A stretch of DNA of 64,000 nucleotides. Origin: Muribaculaceae bacterium (GTDB lineage: Bacteria > Bacteroidota > Bacteroidia > Bacteroidales > Muribaculaceae). Shown here one piece after another: positions 60,938 through 64,000 of this stretch; position 1 is the stretch's first letter; each line of letters begins with the position of its first letter. The stretch is taken from positions 27,551-91,550 of the forward strand of contig JAGATX010000027.1 in the NCBI GenBank assembly GCA_017621055.1, given 5' to 3'. Below the pieces are notes generated by a model. That model did not search any database. It was not told the origin of the DNA and was given only the letters and a program-made list of their open reading frames with translations. The position numbers and the translations under genes were made by a program.

Positions 60938-62950
60938 TCAGTTTTTGAGGGCGTTTTCAATGATATTGTCGTCGGCAGTGTTGGGGAGGGTGACTTTCAG
61001 GCCGGGCGTGCGTGCCATCTGCCTCTCTATTGCTGCACGGGCGCCGCTGTTGCGCGCCCATGAGCGTCGCGCTATGCCGTTGTTGACGTCCCACAGCAGC
61101 ATGGACTCGATTCGACGTGCGGCCTGCGGTGTGCCGTCGACCACCATGCCGAAGCCGCCGTTGACAACCTCGCCCCAGCCCACCCCGCCGCCGTTGTGGA
61201 TGCTCACCCATGTGGCGCCGCGGAAAGAGTCGCCGATAACGTTCTGCACGGCCATGTCGGCGCAGTGCGCCGAGCCGTCGTAGATGTTCGATGTCTCGCG
61301 ATATGGCGAGTCGGTGCCGGACACATCGTGATGGTCACGGCCAAGGACTACCGGGCCTTTGAGGCGGCCGTCGGCCACGGCGGCGTTGAAAGCCAGGGCT
61401 ATGCGTGTGCGTCCTTCCGAGTCGGCGTAGAGTATGCGGGCCTGCGAGCCCACGACAAGGCGGTTACGTCCTGCCTCCCTGATCCAGTGGATGTTGTCGT
61501 CCAGCTGACCCTTGATATCGTCGGGGGCCTCGGCGCGCAGCTGCTCGAGAACCTCCGCGGCGAGACGGTCGGTAAGCTCAAGGTCGCCGGGGTCGCCCGA
61601 GGCACACACCCAGCGGAAAGGCCCGAAGCCGTAGTCGAAGAACAGCGGCCCCATAATATCCTGAACATACGAGGGATAGCGGAAAGCACCGTCGGCAAGC
61701 GTAATGTCGGCGCCGGCGCGGCTCGCTTCCAGCAGGAAGGCGTTTCCGTAATCGAAGAAATACATTCCCCGTGCCGTCAGTTTGTTGATTGCATCAACCT
61801 GACGGCGAAGGCTTTCCTGCACTTTTTCGCGGAAAAGAGCGGGATTGTCGGCCATCATGGCATTAGCCTCCTCGAAAGAGAGCGACGCCGGGTAGTATCC
61901 GCCGGCCCACGGATTGTGGAGCGACGTCTGGTCCGAACCGAGGTCCACTTCCACGCCATCGGCGGCCAGACGCTCCCAAAGGTCGACAACATTGCCCTGA
62001 TAAGCAAATGATACGGCCTCGCCGGAGGCACGGGCCTGAGCCACGCGGACCAGAAGTGCGTCCAGATCGGTGAATACCTCGTCGACCCAACCCTGACTGT
62101 GGCGCTTAGCCACTGCGGCGGGGTTGATTTCGGCCACCACGCTCACCACGCCGGCAATGTTGCCGGCCTTGGGCTGTGCGCCGCTCATGCCGCCGAGACC
62201 GGCGCTGACAAAGAGCATGCCGCGAAGGTTGCCGTCGGGCCGGCGGCGCCGTCCGGCGTTGAGCACCGTGATGGTGGTTCCGTGCACTATTCCCTGAGGG
62301 CCGATGTACATATACGAGCCTGCTGTCATCTGGCCGTACTGGCTCACACCCATGGCGTTCATCCTTTCATATTCGTCGGTCGACGAGTAGTTGGGTATCA
62401 CCATGCCGTTTGTCACCACCACGCGCGGCGCCTCGGGCGACGACGGGAACAGACCCAGCGGATGGCCGGAGTACATCACCAGGGTCTGGTCGTCGGTCAT
62501 CTCGGAGAGGTATTTCATGGTAAGGCGGTACTGCGCCCAGTTCTGGAACACGGCGCCGTTGCCGCCGTAGGTAATCAGTTCGTGGGGATGCTGTGCCACC
62601 GCGGGGTCCAGATTGTTCTGGATCATCATCATGATTGCCGCCGCCTGCCGCGAGCGGGCCGGGTAGCTGTCGACTGGCCGGGCGTACATAGGATAGGACG
62701 GACGGTAGCGGTACATATATATACGGCCATACTTGCGCAGCTCGTCGGCGAACTCCGGGGCGAGCGCGCTGTGGAGCTCGCGGGGAAAATAGCGCAGGGC
62801 ATTGCGGAGCGCCAGCCGTTTTTCGGCGTCGGTGAGTATGTCCTTGCGTCGCGGGGCATGGCTCACGGAAGCATCGCGCCCCGGATGGGGAGGCAGGGTG
62901 GCCGGTATACCCTCGGCTACCTGTATGCGGAATTCGGTGTCGGTCATCAT
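60938..62950 (-). CDS. hutU: Urocanate hydratase (long form)
   Basis: NNLDPAVAQHPHEL, QMTAGSYMYIGPQGIVHGT, GLGGMSGAQ, DQTSLHN, GRDHHD. Confidence 0.97.
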   Translation of the reverse strand: MMTDTEFRIQVAEGIPATLPPHPGRDASVSHAPRRKDILTDAEKRLALRNALRYFPRELHSALAPEFADELRKYGRIYMYRYRPSYPMYARPVDSYPARSRQAAAIMMMIQNNLDPAVAQHPHELITYGGNGAVFQNWAQYRLTMKYLSEMTDDQTLVMYSGHPLGLFPSSPEAPRVVVTNGMVIPNYSSTDEYERMNAMGVSQYGQMTAGSYMYIGPQGIVHGTTITVLNAGRRRRPDGNLRGMLFVSAGLGGMSGAQPKAGNIAGVVSVVAEINPAAVAKRHSQGWVDEVFTDLDALLVRVAQARASGEAVSFAYQGNVVDLWERLAADGVEVDLGSDQTSLHNPWAGGYYPASLSFEEANAMMADNPALFREKVQESLRRQVDAINKLTARGMYFFDYGNAFLLEASRAGADITLADGAFRYPSYVQDIMGPLFFDYGFGPFRWVCASGDPGDLELTDRLAAEVLEQLRAEAPDDIKGQLDDNIHWIREAGRNRLVVGSQARILYADSEGRTRIALAFNAAVADGRLKGPVVLGRDHHDVSGTDSPYRETSNIYDGSAHCADMAVQNVIGDSFRGATWVSIHNGGGVGWGEVVNGGFGMVVDGTPQAARRIESMLLWDVNNGIARRSWARNSGARAAIERQMARTPGLKVTLPNTADDNIIENALKN

Positions 62951-62985
62951 GGTGATTGAGGTTATGATTTAAGGTAAAAAGGATT

Positions 62986-63771
62986 TTATCTGAAACTGTA
63001 GGTTATGGTGGCCACGGCTCGCTCGGGCGGGTTGTTGTCGGCGCGCGTAAAGCGGCGCGACCTCACCTCGGCTATGCACCGCTCAACCAGGGCGTTGTTT
63101 GCCGCCGCCGGTGCCTTGCCGCCCGTCTGGTAGACCTCCACGGCACGGCCCTCGCGGTTGACGATGGCCTCGATGATGATGCTGCCGGTGTCGGGCGACG
63201 GTATGCGGCGGTACGAGGGCATTACCCAGCCGCCGCCCACGGTGCCGTGGCCGCTGCCGTTGCTGTCGGAGACTGTCCCCGAGGGATTGCCGCTGTCGCC
63301 GGGCGCGGCGCCGGTGTTGGCGGTGTTGTTTGTTCCGGGCGTGGGGTTGAAAGCATCGGCCATACCCTGACGGGCACGACGGCGTGCCTCCTCCCGCTCT
63401 ATTTCCTCCCGTGAGGGACCGGCGGGCTGCGGCGGCCGTTGCTGGGTCTGCACCGGCGACGGTGCAGACGTGCCGACGTCGGTATTCGCCGGTGCGGGGC
63501 GCCCCTGGTCGTGCAGGTCGCTGCCGGCGGTCTCTGCCGGTGTCGATGCGGCGTCGACAGGCTCGGGCGCATAGGCCGCCGACGGGTCGGAGGGCGCGTG
63601 GAGGGGCGTGGACAGCAGATCCACAAACTCCTCGTCAACCGCCAGCTCGGTGACGGGTCGCGGCGGTACCGGGAGTGTCGACAGGTCGAAACTCAGGCGG
63701 CACACCAGCAGAAGCACCACTATGAGCAGTGCGGTCAGCGCGGTAGCTATGGCCGGAAAGTACTTATTCAT
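62986..63771 (-). CDS. TonB-like energy transducer
   Basis: N-terminal TM, Pro-rich linker, C-terminal IIIEAIVNREGRAV..GTITYSF-like domain, directly after exbD. Confidence 0.75.
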   Translation of the reverse strand: MNKYFPAIATALTALLIVVLLLVCRLSFDLSTLPVPPRPVTELAVDEEFVDLLSTPLHAPSDPSAAYAPEPVDAASTPAETAGSDLHDQGRPAPANTDVGTSAPSPVQTQQRPPQPAGPSREEIEREEARRRARQGMADAFNPTPGTNNTANTGAAPGDSGNPSGTVSDSNGSGHGTVGGGWVMPSYRRIPSPDTGSIIIEAIVNREGRAVEVYQTGGKAPAAANNALVERCIAEVRSRRFTRADNNPPERAVATITYSFR

Positions 63772-64000
63772 CGACAGTCGTTACGGTTTCCGTTTCGGCA
63801 GCCGCCGGCGACGTCGGCTGTGTGGCAAGAACCATCTTTATGTTGTTGGCGGCGCCGATATTGAGCACTTCCACCACTTTGCCGTACTCCACGGCGGCGT
63901 CGGCATAGACGGCCACGGCTCCGAGGGTATCGGGGGCGGCAGCGGCGGCGAGGGCCGGCGCGAGTGAATCGGTGGGCACGGCTGCCGGCGCGGCATCGCC
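63764..64000 (-). CDS. exbD: Biopolymer transporter ExbD, C-terminal part (runs off the right edge)
   Basis: VAVYADAAVEYGKVVEVLNIGAANNIKMVLAT is the typical ExbD C-terminus. Frame stays open to the edge. Confidence 0.8.
   Translation of the reverse strand, partial: GDAAPAAVPTDSLAPALAAAAAPDTLGAVAVYADAAVEYGKVVEVLNIGAANNIKMVLATQPTSPAAAETETVTTVDE

Overview
A 64 kb GC-rich chromosomal window from a Bacteroidales bacterium, most consistent with Muribaculaceae. That assignment is inference from the recurring TAnnTTTG -7 promoter motif, type IX secretion (T9SS) genes, a short Muribaculaceae-style C-terminal sorting tail and the gene order. Most of the window is housekeeping: porU-like (partial), rex, porZ-like, rdgB, leuS, nadA, recF, rpiB, lepA, PBP1A, DAHP synthase/chorismate mutase, U32, secG, lptE, rho, thyA-folA, hutUHI, tonB/exbD and three tRNAs (Leu-CAA, Leu-TAA, Asn-GTT). 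I found no integrase, transposase, rRNA or CRISPR array. The stretches most worth follow-up are: (1) two unannotated, possibly phage-derived genes at 50.4-51.3 kb whose promoter is bracketed by two copies of a 14-bp palindrome, TTG(T/C)A-TTTT-TACAA; (2) two predicted exported nucleases, a T9SS cargo partner and a nucleoside permease, suggesting extracellular nucleic-acid scavenging; (3) three orphan membrane genes beside tRNA-Leu(CAA); (4) a low-GC acyltransferase/phosphoethanolamine transferase/GT4 module and a low-GC patch inside porZ; (5) a family of 7-nt-period AT-rich intergenic repeats; (6) a TrhP-like U32 gene with a probable CTG start near chorismate mutase; (7) an exbD-tonB-hutUHI-tricorn-MFS run that lacks the fourth Hut enzyme. 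The supplied ORF track gives the wrong strand for 22700..23650, which is on +. All family assignments are by motif recognition only; no searches were run.
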